Shown here piece by piece: positions 15,736 through 27,959 of a DNA stretch of 64,000 nt. Below the pieces are notes generated by a model. It had not been told where the DNA came from and did not search any database. It worked only from the letters and a program-made list of their open reading frames with translations. Origin of the DNA: Eledone cirrhosa (taxonomy: Eukaryota); the NCBI GenBank assembly GCA_964016885.1, contig OZ024740.1:257858001-257922000 (forward strand). Reading direction: 5' to 3'. The position numbers and the translations under genes were made by a program. Position 1 is the first letter of the stretch, and every line of letters starts with the position of its first letter.

Positions 15736-18700
15736 AGAGAGAGCGGGGTACATATATATTACAACCCACATGAAGCCAGGGCATATTCCACCACACCACT
15801 TCGAAGTGAAGAAATAACAATCGTGCCCACCCACTGCGGACAGAAATTTGTCCGAGTTCGCATAACTAAAGTTCCGCCCGGGATAACCATTCCCTGGCTG
15901 ATGGCAGCTGTCCTTGCCGTCGTCTAGGAAAACCATTCGATCTTGGAGAACACCAAGGTAAAGTAAGATGACTGGATAGGATCGGGGATGGAGCTCCTAA
16001 TCCAAATGGACCAATAAAACATAGGGACTATCCCCGATGTTATTGACCTCAACGAAAACACCCACTTACTCGTGGCCGTCGAGAGTAGAAAGCCATGATG
16101 TCTCGTACGTGGGGACAAAGCCCACCTAAAGGTATTCTGCCCAAACTAAAATCAAGGTGGGAACAAGGCCCCTCTCCTCCCATGCCAAATGAAGGGATCA
16201 ACACAACCATGTGCGCCAACTGTAGCTTCAAAAGCACCGACATCAACATCAGCACTGCCACCACCATTATCACCACCTACATCAGTACCACAGCAAACAC
16301 CAAAGACACCAACAATACCGCACATACAATACACAGCAATATACATGAACAACAAAAACATTAAATTACTTACAACACAACATCGACATTTCACAAATAA
16401 TTGCATACCCACCACACAAAAATGTTACAAATCAAAAAACAGATAAACTTGTAAAAACTAAGTTCACCCAGGCACTTGGAGACTTTAGAGGAAACTTCTC
16501 AAAGAGAATATATCATGAGCCGGAGGAATGATTCACCTACTCGCCGCCAAAAAAGCAAAGGGTAAGTATCTCTCCCTCACTTGATTCCTCCCATCTTAGA
16601 CATTGGTTTCTCTCATAAATGCATGCGGCCTTGGGTCCGTCTTGGATGAAGGGCCACATTCCCAACGAGCTCAGGTCACTGATCATACGTGTAGTGGCCA
16701 TCAATGAGACCAGAATTTCCGAGGTACGGGATTTCGCACCCATTTTCTCGGTGGATTCGAGGTGTACGCATACCCAAACCATCCTGGGTATTTAAGCGGA
16801 GTTGCTGTGTTGTTTCGAAGAGGTCTGTATTTCGAGATATGGACCTTCTTCTCGTACCCAACCCAGAAGGTAACTTGGTGGTGTTGAACGTGACCGGCGG
16901 AGAAGGGCAAGTTTTCAGGCTGGTGGTATCCGTCTATTCCCCGACAGGGACAAGGCGGCCTGATTTCTTACGATAACTGGAGACCTTTCTAGGAACGTCC
17001 CGCTGTTTAGTGTTAGTGTGCCACTGAAACAGTATCTTAGATGCACCCCGGGACTAAGTGGAAGTAGACAATAGGGAAGGAGGTTGAAAATCCTCGCAAA
17101 CATGCTCAAATGGTTCCACCTGTCTGACAGGCACCGTCTGGATTTCCCGAATGTGCCTGTGTTGACAGACAAATCACATTGGGTCATCTACATCATATCT
17201 CGATAGGGTCTTCTGCAGGGATATAGATAGGATTAACATTAGAACCTGTGATCTGCGTTATCCAACTAGATAGGTTACATGGACATGGTCCCGGCTACTG
17301 GAAGATGAACGCATTGTCTCCGGCGCGTAACAATGCATTACTCCCGCCATGAAAAGCGCGATCAAAATAGTATCTAATAATGTTAGCAAGGCTATAGTGA
17401 TAGAAAAGTATAAACAAGAGGAGAACTAGTTAGGAACCCGTATCGCAGAATGGACTTTAGTTTTTACATCGACGGCCGGCCACGGCTCTCGGTGATGGAG
17501 GCGGAGAGCTGTCAAAATCCGAGAATTCGCGATGAAATATGGGAAGCAATGATGGGCTGCGGGATGGGTAAATCGCCTGGTTTGGATGGTCTGCACTATG
17601 AGCTTTACGTACACATGCCAGACGTGTTCGTTAACCTCTTGGCAGATGTCTGCTGCAACTGAGAACTGAAAGGGAGATTTCCCAGTTCTGTGAGCCAAGG
17701 AGCAGTGGCGCAGCTGAGAAAGGATCTGAACAACGGGGACAACGTAGATAGATAATTTCAGTCCCATAACATTGCTAAACGCAGAGTTCAAGATTTTGGC
17801 CAAGGTGCTAGGTTGGCGCTTGTCGTCGGTGGACTGGTGGGAGAGGCACAGCCATGTGTCTTTACCAAGAGATCCATCCACGACGAGCCCCACAAGGTGG
17901 AGCTTGACATGGATGGATCTCTTCGGATACATCGTGGAGATGGTAGTTAAGGAATCATGTACGGGCGGGGCCTTAAATCAATCAAAAGCTTTCAATGGGG
18001 TCGACGATTAATATATGGCGGTCATCATCAGGCCGGCCGGCTTTGGGCCCATTTTCAGAAAGTAGGTTGCTGCCATGCACAGCGACATCTGCTCTGTGGT
18101 GAGAGGGAACGGTCTCCCCTCAGCAGAACCTTGCAACATCATGCGTTCTGTCAGCCAATGTTGTCCCCTCCTATCTCTGTTGAATGTATTGACTCTTGAG
18201 GCATTACTGCACAAACTGAAGACGTTGAGGGGCATTCCACGCCAACTGGGATGCGGGAGACCCGTGTCAGCATATGTGCGTGACGTCACCGTAGAAGCAG
18301 ATACATGCCGCACAGAAATATCGTCGGGCTCTGGACGGGCCGGTTAAATTGCTAGGGTTTTTGGTTGCTCTAGACCTCCAGATGGACAGAAACTGGGACG
18401 AGAGAAGGCTATCCCTGAAAGATCCCGTGGAGGTGGCGAACGCGTACATCGCCTGACTATTGTACCTTGTCCTAAGCCTCGTTTGATCGGACTGGGGCGT
18501 TTGCTCTTTCAATTTTTGCGGAAGCGATGCACCCGGATGGTCAGGTAATCCATCTGTTGTCAACACCCGCTACATAGAGGGCTGTGCATGCCGTGACATG
18601 CGCTGAGACCCGCGCATCACCTCATTTTGTTAAACGGTAAACAAGTGTGGTCGCCTTTCGCTAGGCATGTTTTCCTCAGCTCGTCTCCTTGACGGAGCTG

Positions 18701-19690
18701 CTATCCTGGGTCCAGCGAGCGCTTGGAAGCTGGAATGTCTTCAAGCGCTCACTGCCCCTTGACAATCGGGCTTGGGGATCGGTGGAAAACTATCTCTGCT
18801 TTCTATAGAAGTATAGTGGAGGGCAAGAGTGACGACCTCCTTGGGGAATATCTGTGTCTCGACGAAAGCCAACTAGCTATTATATTCCAGATCATATTTA
18901 GTCCATGTCCAATGGATCACATCCAGAAATCCCTAGCCTGGCAGTGCTACCGGAGAGTGTCGCCAGTTCGATATCCCTTTTACCGGATTGGAAGTCCCGT
19001 CACTCGGGCCTGTCTGAGAGTGCATGGAACGACGAGACTGTGCTCCACGCACTCGTCCAGTGTCTGAGTATCACTGACTCATGGATTTATATCTAACATC
19101 TGCTGTCGCGTGTAGGACAGATCCGGATATAGCTGAGACCATTATAAATATTAACCCACAATCCGCATTTAACCAGGAAAGGCAGGCAGCTGTTATATGC
19201 CTGGTGGCCATGGTGAAATATGTCGTATTGTGGATGCGTTGAAAGGGCTGAAGAGGGTCACTTGTCTCTTCTGCGATGCTCTCATTAACCTCTTCAGGTT
19301 TCATCTGAAAAAGAAAATCAGGGTAGAGAGGGAAGTGTTGATTTCCAGCCAATTTTGTTGGAAAGTGGGTAATAGAGGCAAGAATGGACCGTGTGAATTG
19401 GCCTGCACTAGACTTGTTCCGGTTGTCTTGTAGGAGGACAACTGGGCGAGGGTTCTTGCCGTAATGGTCATACGACCGTGGCTTTTGTGGGCTTTTTCCA
19501 CGAGTAACGCTTCGTGTCACCTCACCTTTCGGGAATTTGTTGTTTTATTATCTATGTGTTATGTCTTTTTTCTTAATCTCTCTTATATATTTTATTTTAC
19601 AAAACCAACCCAAACTCTGTCGTTCTGTATCGTATTTAATGTCTCCTTAATGTGAGCCCTGTGTGGTTCATAAAGAAATTATTATTTTAA
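15730..19690 (+). mobile_element. Decayed near-full-length Tx1/L1-group LINE (ORF1 zinc-knuckle remnant, APE endonuclease, RT, zf-RVT)
   Basis: ORF1 remnant VAVESRKP*CLVRGDKAHLKVFCP (~16072-16142); EN-like segments ~16620-17200; GKSPGLDGLHYELY, LNAEFKILAKVL, QSKAF, QCCPLLSLL, SAYVRDVT; C-terminal CLR...ETVLHALVQC. Many stops and frameshifts; ends at ATAAAGAAATTATTATT. Confidence 0.88.
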
Positions 19691-19694
19691 TATT

Positions 19695-20289
19695 TGGAGT
19701 CTCATGTTATTTAACTGGAAAGTTTATTCAAATGAACATGAAGCCGCTACCTGCAGCCTCAGATATTCAGGACGTATCAGAGGGTTCTTGCAGTTCCCAG
19801 CAGGAATCCCCTTTGAAGTGTTCCAAAAAAAGGGGGCTGGACTAATATTCTTTAACTATCCTTGAAAACTTTTTGAGATATCAGTTAGAGTTCCTATGAC
19901 AATTGGGACGACCTTGATGTCATGACAGTCCCACATTCTTTTAAATCCCACTTTAAATGCTGGTATCAATAACTTTCTCCTTCTCCTTTTCATGTACACA
20001 TGTGTCAAAGGGGCAGTCTACATCTACGATTAGGCACGATCTTTTTTCCTTGTCAAAACCACTAGGCCTGTTCTTATTTGTCTGTCTGTATCCTGAAATC
20101 CCATAACACCTTCACTTGATCGTTTTCTATCACTGGCTCTGGCTTATGCTCATACCACTTTTCAGAATGTGGTAAATTATTTAGTTTGCATAATGCCAGT
20201 GAATCACCTTTCCTATTATATCATACCTCCCGCCTTTATAGTGAGTATGGGATAAGTGTTTAGACTCGGATACGATGTGAGCCACAGTC

Positions 20290-20329
<40 letters not shown>

Positions 20330-21100
20330 CTATATCTCTCTCACCCTCTCTATCTCTCTTTCTCTTTCTCTCTCTCTCTTTCTCTCTCTCTCTTTCTCCC
20401 CCCCCCCCTCTCTCTCTGCACAAATCCTATAGAGTTAGCTAGCCTCCTCGTTGTCAATATGGTGTTTCACCCACTTCGTTCTGAGGGCTTGCTCTTGTGC
20501 AGCCATTAATATTCCTTCTGTAGTTTTTTTTAAATCTGAATTCCGTTTTCTTAAAAGAGGTGCTATGAAGAGATTTTTCATGAAGGTTGCTCCTCCTCTT
20601 TATTGTTACTTCCTCCTTGGAGATCCCCTGGTCTATTGTCTCCTTCAGTACAACTTTGAGCATCGGCTCCCTACTCTCAGACATATATTTGTGCAGACTG
20701 CTTTTCTCCATCTGAACACAGTCCTCTAAGCTGATAAGACCTTCCAGCTTCAGATCCCTTTAAGTAGAATCTATCAACATAACTCCACTTCTGGAACATG
20801 ATGTATGTAGTCATTAGCTTCCAAGTCTTTCTACCCATTTCTTTTTGTTCAGTAACATTCCATTTGAGAATTCTCGCACTGTACGTAATAATAGACACAG
20901 CTCGGGAATTTACTGCACTTATGACATTCCTACTATTTAGATGTGATTTTAGTATGTTCCTTATTCTCCTTATGTATTCAGATCTTATCAATTCTATTTT
21001 CATGTTATTGTTCTTGATATCATCTACCTCTAGAATACCCAAATATCTGTCTCCCTCTTCAGTGTCGATTTCCTTTATCATCTCACACGTTGGTACATTG
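19695..21100 (-). mobile_element. R4/Dong-clade (RLE) non-LTR retrotransposon 3' fragment, interrupted by (TC)n at ~20290-20420
   Basis: RYLGILE...EYIRRIRNILKSHLNSRNVISAVNSRAVSIITYS...VDRFYL (ORF 20677-21081); YKGGRYDIIGKVIHW; WYEHKPEPVIENDQVKVLWDFRIQTD (manual translation ~20080-20165). Confidence 0.85.
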
Positions 21101-21109
21101 GCAGGACAA

Positions 21110-24100
21110 AACTAGAGCAAAGATATGGCCGTCAAGTACTCTGTGGTTCCCGGCCGAAAAGGCCAATTTATACTGTATTCTTCCTAACAAGGAAAAAGGA
21201 CAGTAATGGTACAGGTTCATGGCATCACATCAGGTTATAGCATGTGTTAGATTCTGGCCCAGGGTCTTAGACAGAAAGAATACCCGGTCCTAGATGTGAA
21301 GCCCACCCGCAGGGAACTCTGGCTGAGGACTAGTATGAAAATAGTGCTTCTCTTAAAAGCCTCCCAGATCGACGACCTACCCGACACATTAGATCTACCG
21401 GGTAGCATAATTTTAAACGTGGTCGGTGAGGGTAAAAGGCCACGCCGTCACTTGTTCGGGGGGAAAAAAACACTTCAGATCCTTTTGCCCTCAAATCAAG
21501 AGAGAGGGTCACACTATTCCATTGCTGCAAAAACAGAAATCACAGCATCAACAACATCAACAACTGCACCAGCACCAACAGTGGCAACTGTGGCAGAACT
21601 GCCAACAACACCACCTAGGGGCAACCCAATCAAGCTTTCCCTCTTTAAAACACACACATAAAGCAACCCTCCCAATCCTACAACACACTCCCACACTACT
21701 CTGACACAAAATCCCCGGACACTAATCCTTTCTCATTTCAAAAATACCAAGAAACAATAACACGCACCAACAGGCACACAAAATACCCTCACAGCAAACA
21801 CAAACACATCTAGAACAACACTGTCAACGTAAGCACAACCACCACCGAAACAACCGCAACTCATGTCCCACAAAATTAAATAGTCTCTGGCGCTAACAGA
21901 AACACCCAACTTCGTGTTACTGAGAAGGGTCAACAAACAAATTATGGCGAGGTGAAGATATTGAGAAAAGGGGGAGGGATGTTTGGCACCTGCAACTCCA
22001 AAGGGCACAAAAACGCAGCTGATGGTGATGATGCCTGTAAACACGTATAAAAACATCGGGGAAGCTTCCCCGACAACATGGGGACCCCTACTGTGTAAAC
22101 CTCGAGGAACCTCAGCAACCAGAAATGGAAGCCGAACCACACGACCTCTAACAGAACCCGTTAGGGTATGTAACCCTCCCGTTTTCTTTTTATTTTCAGC
22201 CGACATTGCTGTGCTAAGAGAAGATTGTTTAAATGCACGTGCTCTGGAGTCGGCCTGGAAGTAAGGCCGCTTCTTCAAAGACTTCAGGTCACTAGCTATG
22301 GATGTGACAGCAGTCTGCGGGACCAGGATTTCTGACACGCGCGCACTCAACCCCATCCCCGACGACTTTTATGTCTACGCCTCTTTTAGTTGACCCGGAA
22401 TGGGAGGTGGAGTGTTAAGTAAAGACCAGGATCGCGAAGTACGGATCTCCTGGGCCCGGACGTTAGGTTGCTAGTCCTGGACGTGAGCTGCAACGAATGC
22501 GATACTTTTTGCCTGGTGACCGTCTACGCCCTGACTGGGGAGGAGGGCCGGATTTCTTCAGGTGACTTGAAGCCTTTCTGGGAACGTCTCACCTTTTAAT
22601 GTTAGTGGGGGACTGGAGCGGCCTCTTGGATGCACGCTGGGACTGTATGAAGTAGTGAATAGAAGCGGTGTGGGGGCGTGCAAAAGCTTCAAGAACCTGA
22701 TCAGACACTTCCAACTGTCTGACACATACCGACTACATTTCCCGAATCCACCAGTGTGAACCCGGATAAACTGTTTAGAGACATCAAGGCCTTACTTAAA
22801 TAGGATTTTCATTAGGTTAGTGGATAGGAATAGAATAGGGTCCACAATTCCACACGGTTGCCTTTTCAGACTACATGTCTGTGATCGTCAAGGTCGACGA
22901 CCTTGATACAGTCTCCCAGTTACTAGATGCTTAAGGCGTCGTTCCCGGTGCGAGAGAGACCAGTTTAGCAAGTTAGTTTAGCAACAGTTGACAGGGACCA
23001 TCGTCAACATCAGGTGCTGGGGCGCTTTCAAGAGAGCAATTAGAGTAGAATTGATAGCGTTTGCAAGGAAATAGCGTTAGAAGAGAATAAAACGGAGGGG
23101 GAGTTAGTAGCTAAACTAGACGAGGCGATTATGACTGGCATTGCAATAGCACTAGATTATTTTTTTTAATGCGAAAAACGAACGTTGCATTGTCAGGGCT
23201 GAAGCGCGTGCTCTAAGAAACGAGGGAAGGAAATCTGTTCGATTGGCCCGAGTGGAAGAAGCGCAGCGTGACAATAATTCCACAAATCGGTTTTTGACGG
23301 ATCGTGATGGGCTTGTGCTACATTGTTCCGCAGCCCATCTCTATGTCTTAGCTGTAGTCGGGATTCAAACGTAGACCGATACTTAGTGCCTGGCACCTGG
23401 AATATTGCCAGGCGCTTACAGCCCTCCACCAATCGGGCAATATGATTAGTGGAAATGACACTCTGGCGTTCTATAGAGAACTAGAGGTGAGCAACTGCGA
23501 CGAAGCTCTCGGAGACATTCTACATGTTGACGAGAACGAATAAGCCAGTCTGTACCGAAAGATCTTTGAACCGGCAATTATGGACAATTTCCAGAAATCC
23601 CTCGCTTGGCAGTGCCTGTGAATTGCTGATGTGTTGAGTTATGTCGGATCGCTGTTATTGTGTGTAGGAATGATCCGGATATCGAACGAGTTCATCATGA
23701 ATATCGCTCCGCTGCCTTCTTATGGCCACGAAAAGGAGACAGTTTTCCCCTGTCTGGTGACTGTAACTAAAGAAGTAGTATGGTGGACGCGAGTGAGAGA
23801 AGTGAAGGCAGACACATTCCTCTTTGTTCAAGCCCTCAGCAAAATTTTCAAGTTTCAAATGAAAAGGAAGGTGAGCGTAGAGAAGGAAGAGTTGCCTCCA
23901 GTACATTCCTGAATAGGTGGGTGATTGTTACGATGATGGGCTGTGTGAATAGGCCTACTCTGACCATGGGCCTGTAGGCTGGAAAGATTAAAGGAGAGAT
24001 GGGCTCCTTCCTAGCATGCCCATGGAGATGAGGGTAGATTAAGATCTGTTAGGGTTCCTTACGTCACCCCTGGGTGATATCCCCACTAATGGGGAATTCA

Positions 24101-24200
24101 GTTGTTTCAATAGTATTGTTGTTTTTGTTGCATTGATTTTTTACACGATTCATGTAAATCTCTCACTGTCCCCGTTTTTGTAGCGTCTTCAATGTTCAAA
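21110..24200 (+). mobile_element. Decayed, internally deleted Tx1/L1-group LINE (ORF1 remnant, endonuclease, C-terminus)
   Basis: ORF1 knuckle remnant VVGEGKRPRRHLFGGKKHFRSFCP; EN start CLNARAL (~22225) and LVGDW; C-terminal FPCLVTVTKEVVWWTR homologous to the other copies; RT core missing. Confidence 0.8.
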
Positions 24201-24204
24201 TACC

Positions 24205-24340
24205 GCCAAGGTTAATTTTGCCATTCAACCTTACGGGGTCGATAAAATAAAGTACCAGTACCACATTGGGGTCGCTTTAATCGACTTCCCCTCCCCCCAA
24301 ATGTGGGCCTTGTGCCTAAATCAGAATTCATTATTAATTA
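24205..24340 (+). mobile_element. Nin/Deu-domain SINE (5'-truncated)
   Basis: CCTTACGGGGTCGATAAAATAAAGTACCAG core and GGCCTTGTGCCTAAA..ATTATT tail shared with other copies. Confidence 0.75.
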
Positions 24341-24341
24341 T

Positions 24342-25200
24342 TAGCTTGGAAGCGAGAATATCTGCAAGTGGTAACAATCCTTATGTAATCGGGCACTGTG
24401 ATGATTGGAAAGTCTACCTTGGCGTTCGTGGAGAAACTGTGTGTCGATGAAAATCAACTAACCATTCTCTTTCACAGGAATTTCGGTCCTGGGCCTATGG
24501 ATAACTTTCAGTATTCCTGGCCTGACAGTGTTACCGGGGCGTTGCCGGACCGAGATAAATTCTACAGGAATGGAAGTGCCGTTATCGGGACATGTCCGAG
24601 GTGCGTAGAGGGCGACGAAACTATCGTGCATTAATTCTTCCAGTGTCCGAGTATCACTGGCTTGGGTGTTAATCTTGAAAACCTGCTGTCACGTGTACGA
24701 TGGATTAGAATGTCAACTGAGTCCATCCTCAAAATCGCCCAGCCATCCTTCCCTAGACAGAAGGGCAAGCAGTTTTTGTCTGTCTGGTGACCATGAAGAA
24801 AGAAGTCGTATTGTGGCCGAGTCAGAAACGGCTGAAGACAGACACTTTCCTCTTCGGTCACTCCCTGATTAACTTCTTCAGGTTTTCACTTGAATAGAAA
24901 ATTAGGGTAGGAAGAAAGTGCTGCCTTCAAAGCAATTTTTGAAAGATGGGTGACAGATGCATAAGTTCAGTGCAGGCCCATTCACTCGCGTTAGTAGACT
25001 GAGGGAGGACACCTGGGAGAGGGCACTTGTCCTGACGGTCAGGGTGATTGTGGCTTTTGTAACCCTCGGAAGTCTCCTGCCTATTGGTGAATTTTATTTT
25101 GTTACTATTTCCTTGTTACATCCATTGCTTTTTTATGCTCTTGTTTACCCAACTGTGCTGTCCTTAATGTATTATTTGTAAATACTTTGTGATCAATAAC
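24342..25200 (+). mobile_element. Tx1/L1-group LINE 3' fragment (zf-RVT and 3' UTR)
   Basis: GPMDNFQ...RDKFYRNGSAVIGTCPRCVEGDETIVH, homologous to 18700-19600. Confidence 0.8.
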
Positions 25201-25212
25201 CAAAATTATTAT

Positions 25213-25430
25213 TGCGGTGGATTGGCAGTATGAGTAGAGCGTCGAAAAATATGCTTTGTAGCATACAGTTGCAGCCCTTTCCTTTCTGAGTTCAAATCCA
25301 GCCGAGGTTAGCTTTACTTTCATCCTTCCGTGGTCGATAACATATAGTACCAGTAATGTACTCGGGTCGATTTAATGGACTTTCTCCTCAAAATTGTTGG
25401 CCTTGAGCATAGATGAGAAATCATTGTTCT
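25213..25430 (+). mobile_element. tRNA-derived Nin/Deu-domain SINE
   Basis: GCGGTGGATTGGCAG head, B box GAGTTCAAATCC, TTTCATCCTTCCGTGGTCGATAA core. Confidence 0.8.
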
Positions 25431-25899
25431 TGTTATACTTTTCCAAGCAAAGAAACAATCAGAAAGATTTTATTTTTGTGTTTGTTTTTGTTTGTTTTAT
25501 TTGCTTATTTGTTCGTTTCCAGAACTTCTTAGGAAGATTCCTTTTGGAATATTGGGATAAAATGAAATGATGAAAACACGCAGCGGCTTACAGATGTTCC
25601 AATGTAAGGAATTGAATCAAAGATGGGGAAGCAGCGCCAAATAGGTGTGAAGAAGACAATTCTATATATTATTGGATCAATTAACTTACAAACGAATGGC
25701 ACCAAAATATATTATTCTGGTTGGGGAAGAAATGTTTCAGACATTTTCCTGAAATGGTTTATGTTGGTTTTAGCATTAATTTGCTGATTGGGTTTTTAAT
25801 GTTTTTCTTTTTCCTTTTGTTTTTAGTTAGGAATTTCTTGATTTCAATTTTGTTGTGGTTGTTGCAATTAATATTTTCTTCTTGTGTAGTTGTTGATAT

Positions 25900-26645
25900 T
25901 TTTTGGTATTTTTGTTGTTGTTCATAATAATCATTTATTTGTTGTTGCTGTTGCTGCTGCTGCTGCTGCTAATGATCGCTTAATTGCTGTTGTTGTTGTT
26001 GCTGCTGCTGATGCTGCTTCTGCTGCTAACCATCACTTAATTTCCTTTGTTGTTATAGTTGTTGTTGCTGCTGCTAACCATCACTTAATTTCCTTTGTTG
26101 TTATAGTTGTTATTGTTGCTGCTTACGATCGCTTAATTGCTGTTGTTGTTGTTGTTGTTGCTGCTTCTAACGATCACTTAATTGTTGTTGTTGTTGTTGT
26201 TGCTGCTTCTAACGATCACTTAATTGTTGTTGTTGTTGTTGTTGTTGCTGCTGCTAACGATCGCTTAATTGCTGTTGTTGCTAATGAAATTGTTGCTAAT
26301 AATGTATTCTCCTAAAGATTGTTGTTCATTGTGATGTTGTTGTGGTTGGTTTTGTTGTTGCTAATGCCATCTTAAATTGTTGTTGCTACTGTTATTAGTG
26401 TTGCTGCTGCAAATATTTTCCCCAAAAAAAATATATCGTCCATCATCATCAAAGGCATCATTATCATCGTCATAATCGTCGTGGTAGTCATCATCATCAT
26501 CATCATCATTATCACCACCACCTTCAACACCATCATCATCATCATGATCTTTCTTTTCAACATTATCATCATCATCATCTCAATCATTTTCATTATCATC
26601 ATCAAAATCATTATCCCACTCATCATCATGAACATCATCGTTATT
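25900..26645. repeat. (GTT/GCT)n minisatellite with AACGATCRCTTAATT spacer, followed by (CAT)n
   Basis: Direct inspection; explains the poly-V/A and poly-M/I ORFs. Confidence 0.9.
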
Positions 26646-26817
26646 TATAATATGGTTGTAGTCCAACATCAAACATTCACATCTTAACAGTCAGAACAGA
26701 TACTGCGATAGAGTAAGCAACTGTTTTACAAATTGTTCACTAGTAAATTCATGTAAATATATTTTACAATGGAGTCCTCATTACTCCAATCCTAAGTTGT
26801 CATATAGCGAAAATAAG

Positions 26818-27170
26818 AATTGTTTTCACTTTTGGCTAAAAACAAGTAATTGGAAGAAAAGTGAAAATCGATTAAATCGACCCCGGTGCGTTACTAGGAC
26901 ATTACTTTGTTGACCTCCTTAAGGATTAAAGGTAAAACCAACCTCAGTGAGATTTGAACTCAGACCGCAGAAAGTCGTAATTTACATATCGCAAAGCATT
27001 TTGTCAGATACTCTACTGATACTGCCAATCCACAACAACATCAATAATAATTGTTTCTGATTTAGGCACAAGCAATTTTAGGAGAAGGGAAAGTCGATGA
27101 AATCGACACCAGTGCATGACTGGTACCTTATTTTATCGATCCCGTAAGGATAAAAGGCAAAAGTGGGATT
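26818..27170 (-). mobile_element. Two adjacent Nin/Deu-domain SINE copies
   Basis: Reverse complement of the SINE core (TTTTATCGATCCCGTAAGGATAAAAGGC; GATTTGAACTCAG). Confidence 0.7.
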
Positions 27171-27309
27171 TAGGCACGAGGCTAGCTATATAGTCAGCTG
27201 AAAACGAATACCGATAATAGCTGTTAGTTTAACCATGTGATGGACTGGGTAGGGTATAGTCCTCTCAGTTGTTAATCACCAGCCTAATGAACCTCCAGGC
27301 TCGAGATAG

Positions 27310-27435
27310 ACTTTAACCCTGCGATGGACTGGTGTCATGACCAGAGGGAGTGTTGCACTATCAGTCGCTTCACACCATAGAAACCGGGATAAGAACCGGC
27401 CTGACGAGCCTCTGGACTAGAGACATACTTTAGAC
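27310..27435 (+). mobile_element. SINE 3' tail
   Basis: CCTGCGATGGACTGG...AGAAACCGGGATAAGAACCGGCCTGACGAGCC followed by ACTTTAG-type terminal repeats; typical invertebrate SINE tail. Confidence 0.55.
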
Positions 27436-27959
27436 TTTAGACAGAGTCATTCCTATGTGTCATCAGAGGTTTGGTTGTGAATCTCTGTCTTTTCATTTTG
27501 TAGAAAACAGGGGGATCTACAATAAAGAGTAAATGAATACGAAATACACCTGGACAATTTATGGCTTGCGATCTCAGATGAACTTGATCACTGTCAGCAT
27601 TCATATTTGTTTTGGGCTTCGACAAAAAATAAAAGATCGATAAAATATGTACCAGTGAAGTGGACTGGACTAAAACGAAATAAGTATAATGCTCAAGAAG
27701 ATAACCAGCAGCCTGGAATCGACCTTACGTTCTTACGATTGTGTGACTAGCTACTAGGCCATACGCATTCGCTTCTACCTTATTTCACTATATATTCCAT
27801 TCATACCTTTTCATTGTTCTCTTCCATAAAAAAAACGTCTAATTTCCGGAAGTAAGAAGCTCCAGCAGCTCACCGCCTACATATCACCACCTCAGCAGCA
27901 CCATCCCAACAGTCAGCAAGAACAACACTGGCTTATATATATATAGCTCCTTCACCACA

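Noticed and set aside
27390-27425. GAAAC...CTGACGA as a type II/III hammerhead
   Set aside because: Matches a common SINE tail; the required three-stem junction could not be formed.
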